64,000 nt of DNA from assembly GCA_047601185.1 (NCBI GenBank), contig JASGJS010000001.1:1400308-1464307 (forward strand), read 5' to 3'. The translations under genes were made by a program, and so were the position numbers. How positions within the stretch are numbered: the first letter of the stretch is position 1; each line of letters starts with the position of its first letter. The notes beneath the pieces were generated by a model, which was given only the letters and a program-made list of their open reading frames with translations, was not told where the DNA came from and searched no databases. Source of the DNA: Gammaproteobacteria bacterium. GTDB taxonomy: Bacteria > Pseudomonadota > Gammaproteobacteria > JAURND01. Below are positions 1-10,407 of this stretch, piece after piece.

Positions 1-1
1 T

Positions 2-2554
2 CCAGGCGGCGGTACGATCCATATTGAAAATATTCAGGATCAAGTCGAAATCGCCTTAATGCGCGCCGGTGAGCATTTGGTCGCTAAAGCTTATGTGGTG
101 TATCGTATCGAGCGTGAGAGGGCGCGTACTCAGCAGCAAGTAGTGCCGGAATCTCCCACTTTATTCATTACCCAGCCGAATGGGGAAAGGGTCCCTCTCG
201 ATATCGACTGGTTAGGATATTTAATTCAACAGGCTTGCCAAGGGCTTGCTTCTGTCGATCCTGAGCTGATTTTAAAAGAAACTCAGCGCAACTTATTTGA
301 TGGTGCAACGTTACAAGATATTCAGAAAGCGCTCACCCTCAGCGCGCGCTCTCTGGTCGAACAAGAACCCGATTATACCTATGTCGCGGCTCGACTCTTA
401 TTAGATCAATTACGCCACGAAGCCTTTGAGTTTTTGGGATTGTCTGGCCTGTTAGCTGAAACATACCCTGACTATTTTAAAGCCTATTTAGAACGCGGTA
501 TTGCATTAGAGCTAGTGGACCCCGCATTGGCCACTTTCGATCTCGATAAGCTTGCCAGCGCTTTAAAACCCGAGCGCGACTTACAGTTTACCTATCTGGG
601 CCTGCAGACCTTATACGACCGCTATTTTATTCATTCACACGGCACGCGATTTGAATTACCGCAGGTCTTTTTTATGCGGGTTGCCATGGGTTTGGCGATT
701 GCAGAGCCGCATCGTAAAGAAGAATACGCCATTGAGTTTTACCAATTGCTGTCCTCTTTCGATTTCATGAGCTCGACCCCCACCTTGTTTAATTCGGGGA
801 CGTTGCGGCCACAGCTGTCCAGTTGCTTTTTAACGACCATTCCAGATGATTTAGATGGCATCTATGGCGCCTTCAAAGACAATGCTTTACTGTCTAAATA
901 TGCGGGTGGATTGGGCAATGATTGGACTTACGTGCGAGCCATGGGCGCCCACATTAAAGGCACCAATGGTAAATCCTTAGGGGTAGTGCCGTTTATGAAT
1001 GTCGCGGATGCCACCGCCATTGCGGTCAATCAGGGCGGCAAGCGTAAAGGCGCGGTCTGTGCTTACCTCGAAACTTGGCATTTGGATATCGAAGAATTTT
1101 TAGAACTCCGCAAAAACACTGGCGATGAGCGACGTCGTACCCACGACATGAATACCGCCAATTGGATCCCCGACTTATTTATGAAGCGGGTGATCGAAAA
1201 TAAAGAGTGGACGCTCTTTTCTCCGGATGAAGTGCCCGATTTGCATGATACGTTTGGGGCAGCATTCGAGGCCGCCTATGTAAATTACGAGGCAAGAGCC
1301 AGCCGAGGTGAAATTCGCAGTAGAACGTTACCTGCCTCGACCTTATGGCGAAAAATGCTCAGCATGCTATTTGAAACTGGCCATCCGTGGATGACCTTCA
1401 AAGACGCCGCGAATTTGCGTTCACCCCAGCAACATGCCGGAGTGATTCACAGCTCGAATTTATGCACAGAAATTACGCTAAATACCTCAGAAACTGAAAT
1501 TGCGGTCTGTAACTTAGGCAGCATTAATCTCGTCCAACACTTAAGCGCAGATGGTCTTACGCTAAACGCTGAAAAAGTGCAGCGCACGGTTAAAACTGCC
1601 ATGCGAATGTTAGACAATGTCATTGATATTAATTTCTATTCGGTTCCACAAGCTAAAAATTCTAACTACAAGCACAGGCCAGTCGGTTTAGGGATTATGG
1701 GCTTCCATGATTGCCTATACCAATATCAAGTCTCTTATGCCTCCGAACAAGCGGTTGAGTTCGCGGATCGTAGTATGGAAATTATCAGCTATTATGCGAT
1801 TTCCGCTTCCAATGAATTGGCAGGTGAGCGTGGCGTTTACGAAAGCTATCAAGGCTCATTATGGAGCCAGGGCATTTTACCCATTGATTCTATAGAATTA
1901 CTGCAAAATAGCCGCGGTCAATATTTAGAACAAGATCGCAGTCAAGTGTTAGATTGGGCCAGCTTGCGCCAGCGCGTGTTGGCTCAAGGGATGCGAAATT
2001 CTAATGTATTAGCGATTGCACCCACCGCCACCATCTCCAATATTTGTGGCGTGTCTCAGTCGATTGATCCTACCTACCAAAATCTGTATGTCAAATCAAA
2101 TTTGTCAGGGGAGTTTACCCTAGTCAATGCCTACTTGGCCCATGATTTGAAGAAATTAGGGTTGTGGGATGCGGTCATGATTAATGATCTGAAATATTAC
2201 GATGGCAGTGTGCAGCATATTAGCCGCATCCCAGCAGAATTACGGCAAGTTTACACCACCGCGTTTGAAATCGAACCGCGCTGGCTGGTCGAAGCAGGCT
2301 CTCGCCGACAAAAATGGATAGATCAAGCCCAGTCTTTGAATTTATATATGGCGGAACCTTCAGGCAAGAAGATGGATACCCTCTACCGTATGGCTTGGCT
2401 ACGAGGCTTAAAAACCACTTATTATTTGCGTACTTTGGGGGCAACCAGTGCTGAAAAAGCTACTCTGGCCACCCAAACGCTCAACGCAGTGCAGCCAGTG
2501 CTTTCAGGAAAAGCCTGCGCGATTGATGATCCGGATTGTGAGGCGTGTCAATAG
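2..2554 (+). CDS. nrdA: Ribonucleoside-diphosphate reductase alpha subunit (class Ia), 5'-truncated by window edge
   Basis: [27 protein letters not shown] and KTTYYLR motifs; C-terminal CxxC. The frame is open upstream of 59 ([14 protein letters not shown]-cone). Confidence 0.97.
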   Translation, partial: PGGGTIHIENIQDQVEIALMRAGEHLVAKAYVVYRIERERARTQQQVVPESPTLFITQPNGERVPLDIDWLGYLIQQACQGLASVDPELILKETQRNLFDGATLQDIQKALTLSARSLVEQEPDYTYVAARLLLDQLRHEAFEFLGLSGLLAETYPDYFKAYLERGIALELVDPALATFDLDKLASALKPERDLQFTYLGLQTLYDRYFIHSHGTRFELPQVFFMRVAMGLAIAEPHRKEEYAIEFYQLLSSFDFMSSTPTLFNSGTLRPQLSSCFLTTIPDDLDGIYGAFKDNALLSKYAGGLGNDWTYVRAMGAHIKGTNGKSLGVVPFMNVADATAIAVNQGGKRKGAVCAYLETWHLDIEEFLELRKNTGDERRRTHDMNTANWIPDLFMKRVIENKEWTLFSPDEVPDLHDTFGAAFEAAYVNYEARASRGEIRSRTLPASTLWRKMLSMLFETGHPWMTFKDAANLRSPQQHAGVIHSSNLCTEITLNTSETEIAVCNLGSINLVQHLSADGLTLNAEKVQRTVKTAMRMLDNVIDINFYSVPQAKNSNYKHRPVGLGIMGFHDCLYQYQVSYASEQAVEFADRSMEIISYYAISASNELAGERGVYESYQGSLWSQGILPIDSIELLQNSRGQYLEQDRSQVLDWASLRQRVLAQGMRNSNVLAIAPTATISNICGVSQSIDPTYQNLYVKSNLSGEFTLVNAYLAHDLKKLGLWDAVMINDLKYYDGSVQHISRIPAELRQVYTTAFEIEPRWLVEAGSRRQKWIDQAQSLNLYMAEPSGKKMDTLYRMAWLRGLKTTYYLRTLGATSAEKATLATQTLNAVQPVLSGKACAIDDPDCEACQ

Positions 2555-2669
2555 GATTGCCGTCTCGACTAATGGAGTTTTTTTTGGTATAGTTAAGTGT
2601 AGAAATATTTTTTTACAGCATAAAGATACCAATTTTAGATTTTGTATAATCGATGCGTGAGGTAAATAT

Positions 2670-3800
2670 ATGACAGAACAGATAAGAGAAATCGATGCAC
2701 TATTAGGCCACCCAAAGGAAGCAGAGCAAACTCAAAGCGATGTTCAGGGTAATGAAGATTCTCCTCGGCCTTCACAAAGCTCTTCACCAATCGCAATATC
2801 TGATTCACAGCCAACAAAATTGTCAGGTCTACAAGCATCCCAAAAATCTCGTCTGCCAGCCGAATTTTCTATCATTCGTGCTGATTTACCTAATGCTCCC
2901 ATACAAGTAAAGTATCATTCAAAAGAGCAAGTTTATAAGTTTGAATTGGAAAATAAACATAATCCCGATCAACCTCAAATTTTAGCGACGATTCCTAAAG
3001 ATCCATTTGAAGCATATTTAGCATTAAAAAAAGGATTGATGTTTGTTATTCCACCGAATGTTACAAATGCCGAAGGCGATTTTTACACGCAATTGCTGTC
3101 TTTTTGTGGATTGCCTGAAAACAAAAATAAAATTGATAGTAAACACATTGAAAAAGTTAAATTAAAGCGAAAAATCAGCAATCAAGACACCTTACATGCT
3201 ATTTATGGCGCAATGATTATTTTTGCTTTATTCCCAACGGTTTCTTATGGGCAAGAAGCACTACTGGATAAAGTTGCCCCGAATTTTGCAAGCAGCACAG
3301 GAGGTCATGCCGCTGAAACGCTTATAGTTGCAGGGAGTGTACTGCTTGCTTATGGCTTGTGGAATTTCTTTGCTACTAAATACTTTGGTGACAACGCTCA
3401 GTGGTTGCAACAAGAGTTAGCATTATATGAAGGAGTTATTGCAGGCCAGCAAAAGCTTAAAGATGAAAACAGAATTAAAACCGAAGCTGTAGCAGGAGTC
3501 GATGCAAAAATTAAAACGCTTGAAGTGGCTCAAGAAAGTCTACAAAAAAAAATTGAGGATTTTGAAAAGTTTAAATCTGATTTTTTTTCAAAGCCCTCGC
3601 CTGATCCATTGTTAAGACATACTCCTAAGCGTGCGGGAATACCTAATCAAAGAGGGGAAAAAGAGGGCGATGATACTGTTCCAGAGACGTTAGAAGCAGA
3701 AGAGGGTTTTTCTCGCCTATCATCACCATCACCTGATGATGGTAAATCTGCGGAGTCGAAGCCACAAAGGTTAGAGGTCTCACGCTCTAGGACAAGTTAG
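2670..3800 (+). CDS. Hypothetical membrane protein with two TM segments, coiled coil and disordered ends; effector-like
   Basis: 376-aa ORF with two hydrophobic stretches; no recognisable family. Confidence 0.6.
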   Translation: MTEQIREIDALLGHPKEAEQTQSDVQGNEDSPRPSQSSSPIAISDSQPTKLSGLQASQKSRLPAEFSIIRADLPNAPIQVKYHSKEQVYKFELENKHNPDQPQILATIPKDPFEAYLALKKGLMFVIPPNVTNAEGDFYTQLLSFCGLPENKNKIDSKHIEKVKLKRKISNQDTLHAIYGAMIIFALFPTVSYGQEALLDKVAPNFASSTGGHAAETLIVAGSVLLAYGLWNFFATKYFGDNAQWLQQELALYEGVIAGQQKLKDENRIKTEAVAGVDAKIKTLEVAQESLQKKIEDFEKFKSDFFSKPSPDPLLRHTPKRAGIPNQRGEKEGDDTVPETLEAEEGFSRLSSPSPDDGKSAESKPQRLEVSRSRTS

Positions 3801-3910
3801 AATTCCTCTCCTCCGCTTAGAAAGTTTCATACTCCTTAGCAAGTTTGTTTAATCGTCTCTGTTGTCGGCGTGTTTTAAGATCATAAGCTAGATGAAAAAA
3901 TATGGTGATT

Positions 3911-4093
3911 AAAAGCAGCGGGCTGGCAGCCCGCGCTCCTAGGCTCGAGTTTTAACTAAGCTTAAAGTTAGAATTAAATTGTTGCCATTATAAACTTGGC
4001 ATAAAGCAATTAATAATGGCTCATCTGTAAGACGTACCTTCCTTTGCCGAAAGCTCCCAACTTAGGAGCGCGGGCTGCCAGCCCGCTGCTTTT
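3911..4093. repeat. REPIN (inverted pair of GGAG-type REPs), left flank of RAYT
   Basis: AAAAGCAGCGGGCTGGCAGCCCGCGCTCC at 3911-3939 and its reverse complement at 4065-4093. Confidence 0.92.
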
Positions 4094-4116
4094 AAAAAGC
4101 ATTCTGCTTTTAAAAA

Positions 4117-4743
4117 TCATTTTTTATACTCAAAAGCACTAGAGTAAGGCCAATAACTGGGCTTCTCACAGATCCCAGCTTTGACGGGATTGTAGTGAAT
4201 ATACTCCACCACTCGGTTAAAATGATCTTGATCTCGAATAAACCGATCCCAATAATCCGCTTGCCATATCGTTGTTGGTGCTCGTACAAACTGTTTAATA
4301 CGATTGGCGGTGTAAGACTTCCATCCATGTATAATATGTGATAAAGCATTCCCTTCAAAAACTCGAATCAGCAAATGCACATGATTAGGCATCACCACAA
4401 AAGCATGAAGTTTATAGCGCTGTTCATCAAACCAATGCCAATTGTCAATGACAATTTGAGCAATTTCAGGCTTGGATAAAATACAACTTCCATAATGCCT
4501 GTCTAAGTATTTTTCAACGTCGGAAAGTTTGTGTTTTTCATGAGTTTTATTATTAAATATTTCTTGCACAACATGTCTGGGTAAGGCATCAGCCAAACGA
4601 TAGGTGATCATTTGATAACCATAACCTGGATCGTAATGAGGGATAGATCTACGAGAATGCCAAAATGTCTTATTTTTGGATGATGTTATAGGCAGGCTGC
4701 CAATGTGCGAAACGATTTTATTATCATTCATAACATGACTCAT
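4117..4743 (-). CDS. REP-associated tyrosine transposase (RAYT, HUH/Y1)
   Basis: ITYRL, FVVMPNHVHLL (HUH), WQADYWDRFIR and YIHYNPVKAG motifs; REPINs on both sides. Confidence 0.93.
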   Translation of the reverse strand: MSHVMNDNKIVSHIGSLPITSSKNKTFWHSRRSIPHYDPGYGYQMITYRLADALPRHVVQEIFNNKTHEKHKLSDVEKYLDRHYGSCILSKPEIAQIVIDNWHWFDEQRYKLHAFVVMPNHVHLLIRVFEGNALSHIIHGWKSYTANRIKQFVRAPTTIWQADYWDRFIRDQDHFNRVVEYIHYNPVKAGICEKPSYWPYSSAFEYKK

Positions 4744-4821
4744 TTTTTTTTGTGGTGTAGGTATAACCGATATTGAGCCAATTATATGCCGATGAATGAA
4801 AATAAAAACCTCGTAATTTTT

Positions 4822-5008
4822 AAAAGCAGCGGGCTAGCAGCCCGCGCTCCCAAGTTGGGAGCTTTCGCCAAGGGGGAGGTGCGTTTTATATATCGATAGC
4901 CGTGGTTAGTTGCTTTATGCTAAGTTTCTGACGGCAAAAAATTAATTCTACGCTTAAGATTAGTTGAGGCTCGAGCCTGGGAGCGCGGGCTGCTAGCCCG
5001 CTGCTTTT
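4822..5008. repeat. REPIN, right flank of RAYT; diverged inverted copy of 3911-4093
   Basis: REPs at 4822-4850 and 4980-5008; the spacer aligns with the reverse complement of the left REPIN spacer. Confidence 0.92.
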
Positions 5009-5450
5009 ATATGATGCATTTACTTAGAAAGCATTGTACTTCCTTCGCAAGTTTTTTTATTTTTTTTAATTCTTTTTTACACTTGTTTAATCCTTGCACA
5101 ATATATTGATATAAACCAATAGGACAATCTTTAAAACCCTGTTCAATAGCATTGTTAAAATTATTAGCTGCTTGATTGAGTAAGTCAAAATCCTTAGGCT
5201 CAAGGTTAGCCTGATTGTGTTGAGTGATAGCCAAACGGTAATAATGCTGCTGAATTTTATAGTTCAATTGTTCTTTTTCATAGGGATCTGTACAAGTACT
5301 GAGCCACTCTTTGAACGTTTCAATAGTTAATTTATATAGCTCTGCACTTTGTTGATATGCTTTCCTTAGTACTTGAGTATCATTTTTTGTTGTTGAGTTT
5401 ATGTTCTTTCTCTTCTTCTCGATGGGGTTTCGCGATGAAAAGAACACCAT
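5007..5450 (-). CDS. Hypothetical helical (TPR-like) protein
   Basis: 147-aa ORF; stop codon overlaps the REP T-run. Confidence 0.55.
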   Translation of the reverse strand: MVFFSSRNPIEKKRKNINSTTKNDTQVLRKAYQQSAELYKLTIETFKEWLSTCTDPYEKEQLNYKIQQHYYRLAITQHNQANLEPKDFDLLNQAANNFNNAIEQGFKDCPIGLYQYIVQGLNKCKKELKKIKKLAKEVQCFLSKCII

Positions 5451-5489
5451 CTTGCTTCTTTGTTTTCCATGGTATTTTTCTATGAGAAT

Positions 5490-7052
5490 CTAGCGTATTG
5501 ATGGAGGCATTAAGGCCGAAAAACCTTCTTCCGAAATCAAACAACGCTGAGATGCGCAGAGTATGAAAAAGCTGAAAGGTGCGATGAGTACCATATCCCA
5601 AGGAAAGACCAGCCAATGAATTCCTCCAAAACTGCTTAAATAAGACAGTAATAGCAAGCCGGTGATATAGCTCATAAACCAGCCTACGCGCAAATTAAGC
5701 AGATTGATATTGCGTTGAGTGATGCAGTGAATCGCTAGGCCGACAATAATGGCGGCATAAAGCTTCCATAAAATATCAAAGCCGCACCACAGTAACATCA
5801 AATTGCAAATGTAAAAACCTAATTGGCAAATGACGGTGGGATATTCTAAACGAAAAGCCCGTGTTGTGGTGGGTTGCAGTTTTCTTAACGCCAATAAACA
5901 AATAGGCCCGATGCCATACGATAAAATGCTGGCGGAAGATAAAAACGCGACCATTTTTTGCCAAGTGGGGAAGGGGAGAAAAGATAAAATACCCACGACA
6001 AAATTGACATATAAGGTGACAGTTGGGATTTTAAAACGATTCAGTTTTAAAAAACATGCCGGTAAATGTTGATTGAGTGCCATACCATAGACAATTCGAG
6101 AAGTTGCTGCGGTATAGACGAGCGTGGTGCCAAATGGTGAAAACGAGGCGTCAAATAATAACAGTATGGCAACGATTCCTAACCCCAGTAACAAAGTTAG
6201 TCCAACCAGCGGCCCACTATCGCCTGGAAAGTGTAAAGCCTGCCAACCGTGAGTTAAATAAGTATCTGGAATAGCCACCAAAAAACTCAGTTGCAACATA
6301 AAGTATAAAACAAACCCAATGACCACAGCGCCTATAATGGCCCATGGAATGTCGCGTTGGGGATGACGGACTTCTCCTGCCAGCATTAAACCATTTTGAA
6401 ATCCGGTGAAGGCAAATGCAATGCCACCGGTAGATAATGCTGAAAAGATGGCAATCCACGTATTTTTAGCGCCTAAGTCGAATTGCAAATGATGAAATAG
6501 ACCGGAGGGTTGTTGATTCGCGGTGTAAAGTAATGCGGTGATGGCAATAGAAGGTAAAATAAATTTAATTAAGCTGGCATATTTATTACATTCTGCCAAT
6601 AACTTAATGCCAAAAGTATTAAGTAACACGACAAAAAACATCAAGCCGATGGCTACCACATAACCTAATGCGGTTAATTCTGAACCGCCGGGGTGTTTTG
6701 CGACCAATTGTGGAATGAAATGACTGCCATATTGCAAAATAGCTTGGATCTCAATGGGTGTCATCACCACATAAGACAGCCAGGAAATCCACGCAAATAC
6801 AAAGCCGACTTCTTTACCATGGGTAAAAGTGGGGTAATTGGTCATCCCGCCAGAAATGGGTAATAATGTGCCCAATTCGCAGAGCGGTAATGCAATAAAC
6901 AGCATAAAGATAGCTGCGATGACCCAACTGATTAATGCGCCGGGGCCTGCAATTTGGGCGCTGATATAGGGGCTGAATAGCCAGCCTGAGCCGATCATGC
7001 CGCCAGCTGCGGCGATTAAGACATTGGTACGTGATATATCCCTTTTTAGCAT
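5490..7052 (-). CDS. APC-family amino acid permease
   Basis: GGMIGSGWLF, FAFTGFQ and AGEVRHPQRDIP motifs; many TM segments. Confidence 0.92.
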   Translation of the reverse strand: MLKRDISRTNVLIAAAGGMIGSGWLFSPYISAQIAGPGALISWVIAAIFMLFIALPLCELGTLLPISGGMTNYPTFTHGKEVGFVFAWISWLSYVVMTPIEIQAILQYGSHFIPQLVAKHPGGSELTALGYVVAIGLMFFVVLLNTFGIKLLAECNKYASLIKFILPSIAITALLYTANQQPSGLFHHLQFDLGAKNTWIAIFSALSTGGIAFAFTGFQNGLMLAGEVRHPQRDIPWAIIGAVVIGFVLYFMLQLSFLVAIPDTYLTHGWQALHFPGDSGPLVGLTLLLGLGIVAILLLFDASFSPFGTTLVYTAATSRIVYGMALNQHLPACFLKLNRFKIPTVTLYVNFVVGILSFLPFPTWQKMVAFLSSASILSYGIGPICLLALRKLQPTTTRAFRLEYPTVICQLGFYICNLMLLWCGFDILWKLYAAIIVGLAIHCITQRNINLLNLRVGWFMSYITGLLLLSYLSSFGGIHWLVFPWDMVLIAPFSFFILCASQRCLISEEGFSALMPPSIR

Positions 7053-7081
7053 AATGGCTCACTTAAACTTGAGTAGTACAT

Positions 7082-7131
7082 CCATGAGATCCCGAGATCC
7101 CGCGAACAAGTCGCGGGACGTCGAGGTAGAG
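7082..7131. repeat. Palindromic repeat family 2 (ATGAGATCCCGC-loop-GCGGGACGTCGAGGTAG)
   Basis: Near-identical copy at 22177-22217 and a half copy at 10384-10404. Confidence 0.75.
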
Positions 7132-7132
7132 G

Positions 7133-8737
7133 CTAAGTCAATTCCGTGTTACTTTTAAACTGTTGCAATAGCGGGGTTTGCCAAGCACTGGCCACTCCCC
7201 AATAATAAAAAATTAAAGCGACAATGATGACGGAGATTTGATCATAAGGACCGCGCAGAAAATTCACTCCCCCAAATTCAGTTCCGCCTAACCAAGAAAG
7301 CAACGCCATCGCCAAAAGATAAAACACCAACCAAGTGCCACTTTTGAGATGTTGATTGAAATCTAACCAACCATTTTTGGCTTGATAATATAAATAAATA
7401 AACAAGCCGGCAAAAATCACTAATAAAACTTGCCCTGTCAATGGCCAGCGTGACCAGTAGACGATGAGGGACATAATAATAAAAGCGATCGGCGCGATGA
7501 TCGACATACCAGAGATACGGCAAGGGCTACGCCAATTGGGCTCAATGCGTCTTAACCCGGCAACCGCAAGTGGACCTGCGATATACGATAAGGTATTCAT
7601 AATGGAAATCACGTTGGCTAAACTTCCCCACCCACGGAAGATCCATAAAAAGATAAAGCCTAAAACCAAGCTCGCCCACATGGCATTGCGTGGAATGGCG
7701 TATTTAGGATGTAACTGCCCAAATGCTGCTGGCATATAACCATTGCGTTGCATTCCAAATAACATCCGTGCTGTGGATCCCATGTAGGCAATACCGGTGC
7801 CGGAAGGTGAAACCACGGAATCGACATACAGCAATAGCGCGATTAAATTTAAATTGAAACTGAGGGCCAATTGTACAAAAGGAGAGCTAAAATCTAACCC
7901 ATGCCAGCCATGACTCAATTCTTGTGGGGTTAGTGCGCCAATAAAACTTGCCTGTAACACCAGATAAATTAATAAGCAGATGACAATGGAGGAAATTAAG
8001 GCAATCGGGATGGTTTTATGCGGGTTTTTCGCTTCCCCTGCAAAATTGACGATGGATTGGAAGCCGTTAAAGGCAAAAATAATACCGCCCGCTGAGACTG
8101 CGATAAAGACCGCATTCCAACCATAAGGCGCAAAGGTATGGAAATCATGACCAAAATTTGCGGGCTGAAATCCTGCCCACATAATCGCAGCGACTGATAA
8201 CAAAGGAACGATAATTTTAAATAAAGTGATCCAAGTCATTGAACTTAAAAATAATTTTAAGGTCCAATAATTCAAAAGGAAGAAAACGATCATCAGGAAA
8301 CTGGCTACAATTAGGCCGTATTCTGACATATTGCCCTGAATGGGATCATACAAACCGTGAAAGCCCTTAATAGAACTTAGATATTGGGTTGATGCAGCAG
8401 CTTCAGTAGGGATGGCAGCGACAATCCCTAACCAATTGATCCAACCACTTAAGAAGCCGGTTAAGGAGCCATGGGTGTAGTCTAAATAACGCGCAATACC
8501 GCCTGATTGGGGGAATAGAGCACCGACTTCCGCGATCGTTAATGCAATGAGCATCACAGCAAAAGCGCCGACGACCCAAGCAATTAACGCCGCGGGACCT
8601 GCTAACTTAGCGCTGTGAAAGGCGCCAAATAACCAGCCTGATCCAATAATGGAGCTGATGCCGATAAAAGTGAGCTGTAAAGCGCTAATACTGCGTGAAA
8701 GCCGATAAGGGGATTGGGTTGGAGGATTTGGGTTCAC
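7133..8737 (-). CDS. APC-family amino acid permease (tandem paralog)
   Basis: SIIGSGWLF, FAFNGFQ and AGEAKNPHKTIP motifs. Confidence 0.92.
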   Translation of the reverse strand: MNPNPPTQSPYRLSRSISALQLTFIGISSIIGSGWLFGAFHSAKLAGPAALIAWVVGAFAVMLIALTIAEVGALFPQSGGIARYLDYTHGSLTGFLSGWINWLGIVAAIPTEAAASTQYLSSIKGFHGLYDPIQGNMSEYGLIVASFLMIVFFLLNYWTLKLFLSSMTWITLFKIIVPLLSVAAIMWAGFQPANFGHDFHTFAPYGWNAVFIAVSAGGIIFAFNGFQSIVNFAGEAKNPHKTIPIALISSIVICLLIYLVLQASFIGALTPQELSHGWHGLDFSSPFVQLALSFNLNLIALLLYVDSVVSPSGTGIAYMGSTARMLFGMQRNGYMPAAFGQLHPKYAIPRNAMWASLVLGFIFLWIFRGWGSLANVISIMNTLSYIAGPLAVAGLRRIEPNWRSPCRISGMSIIAPIAFIIMSLIVYWSRWPLTGQVLLVIFAGLFIYLYYQAKNGWLDFNQHLKSGTWLVFYLLAMALLSWLGGTEFGGVNFLRGPYDQISVIIVALIFYYWGVASAWQTPLLQQFKSNTELT

Positions 8738-8963
8738 GGTGGTATTTCCAGTGTGAGTAAAGAATTTGGAGATACTAACCTAATATTGAGTAAAGGACAA
8801 TGACCCTAAAGAATTTCTTCTTGGCTAGAGCATGGTTCCCCCCGGGCTATATTTTATTAAATTTAACGACAATAAATTGATTATAATGATTAATTATGGT
8901 AAATTTTCAAGGTTTTGTTTAAGATGATTAATGATTAGCTAAAGTTGAGTAGAGAACAAAAGT

Positions 8964-10199
8964 ATGACGACAGAACCTTCACAAGTAAACAAACAAACGA
9001 CACCGAGAAAAAGAAAAGCTCCCGCATCAAAAGAAGAAATTGAGAAAGGGGAAAAGCTTCAAGAAGCTAAACAGGGGGATGCTATCGCTCAAATTGAAGT
9101 GGGCCGGTGTTATGAATATGGCATTTGTGGCTTCGGGTCAGATGCAAAAGAAGCCTTTCACTATTATCAGCTAGCCGCCCAAGCTGATGTGAGTTATGCC
9201 CATTATAAAGTTGCGCGTTGTTATCATTATGGCGTTGGAGTACCCAAAGACTTAGAGAAGGCTAAAGAAAGCTATCACAAAGCAGTTGATCATGATTTGG
9301 CTTTGCCTGCGGCGATGTATGAATTAGCAAAATGTTATATTTCAGGATCTATCCCTGATAAGAGAAAATGTTTTGAATGGTTAACCAAATCCGTTGAACA
9401 CCCCTGGGAAAGGGCACCCTCAGATGCCTATTTCATGTTAGGTAGGTGCTATGATAAGGGAATAGCAGGGTTTATAGAGCGAGACCATAAAAAGGCAGCA
9501 AAATTCTTTTCCGCAGCGATTATAGATGATCGTCACGTACCTGCCGAGATTCATTTATACGCGCTCTTCGCAAAAAATGAGGGAGGAGGGACGCTAGAAA
9601 AAGCCATCGAGGGGCTGCACTATAGCCTTGATCTTGAAACATCAACAGGAAAATATTATGCAGAATTGGCTTACCATTTAGGAAATTGTTATTTCGACAA
9701 AGCAAAAAAAAATTATAAACTTGTGTCAGAATATATAAAGGCACATCAATATACAAGTTATGTTTCGGTATTGAAGCAAGCACAAGCCGACGAAACAAAG
9801 TGGCTTAAATACCTCACGATTGCAACCAATAAGAATTTTCCGAAGGCTGTGTATGCTTTTGGTGAGAGTTATCAAGAAGGTTATTTAAATCTTCCAAAAA
9901 ATTTTGAGAAAGCTAAAGAATGTTTTCTTCACTGTGTAATGCTCTTTGAAAAAAATCCTAAGCATGCTGATTGTCGTGAATTATTACCTGTTGTCAAAGC
10001 AGCCTTAGAAAAAGTCAAACAGTTAATCACTGAGCAAAACCAGCCGACATCAAGTACATCTACAGCACTGTTAGGAGAAAGTTTGACTAAAACGTTACAG
10101 AAAGGATTTCCTAATCCTTGGAAAGGACTTGATGCTACAGCTTCAATTCAAGCTGACTCTAAAAAGAATGAAAAACCTAGTTTGTCTCTTGGTCTATAA
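8964..10199 (+). CDS. Sel1-like repeat protein, putative secreted effector
   Basis: Repeated A..LG.CY..G.G...D...A units; basic PRKRK patch near the N-terminus. Confidence 0.85.
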   Translation: MTTEPSQVNKQTTPRKRKAPASKEEIEKGEKLQEAKQGDAIAQIEVGRCYEYGICGFGSDAKEAFHYYQLAAQADVSYAHYKVARCYHYGVGVPKDLEKAKESYHKAVDHDLALPAAMYELAKCYISGSIPDKRKCFEWLTKSVEHPWERAPSDAYFMLGRCYDKGIAGFIERDHKKAAKFFSAAIIDDRHVPAEIHLYALFAKNEGGGTLEKAIEGLHYSLDLETSTGKYYAELAYHLGNCYFDKAKKNYKLVSEYIKAHQYTSYVSVLKQAQADETKWLKYLTIATNKNFPKAVYAFGESYQEGYLNLPKNFEKAKECFLHCVMLFEKNPKHADCRELLPVVKAALEKVKQLITEQNQPTSSTSTALLGESLTKTLQKGFPNPWKGLDATASIQADSKKNEKPSLSLGL

Positions 10200-10204
10200 A
10201 CGGG

Positions 10205-10383
10205 AAAAGAGCGGGCTAGCAGCCCGCGCTCCCAAATCTTGTGCCATTCGTTGTAAGCACCAAGGATGGTTTTTCTGCCTTCTTAAACTTTAGGGTTTGA
10301 TGGAAAGAACCTCAAAGTTTAGCGATAGCTTAAAGTTGAAAGAGGCTGGAGTCTGGAGCGCGGGCTGCTAGCCCGCTGCTTTT
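10205..10383. repeat. REPIN of the RAYT family between convergent genes
   Basis: REP at 10205-10232 and inverted REP at 10355-10383. Confidence 0.9.
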
Positions 10384-10407
10384 CCGCGGGAAGTCGAGGT
10401 AGAGACG

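Noticed and set aside
5007-5020. CaaX motif on the 147-aa ORF
   Set aside because: It ends KCII, with Cys third from the end. Truncation by the abutting REP is possible but unsupported.
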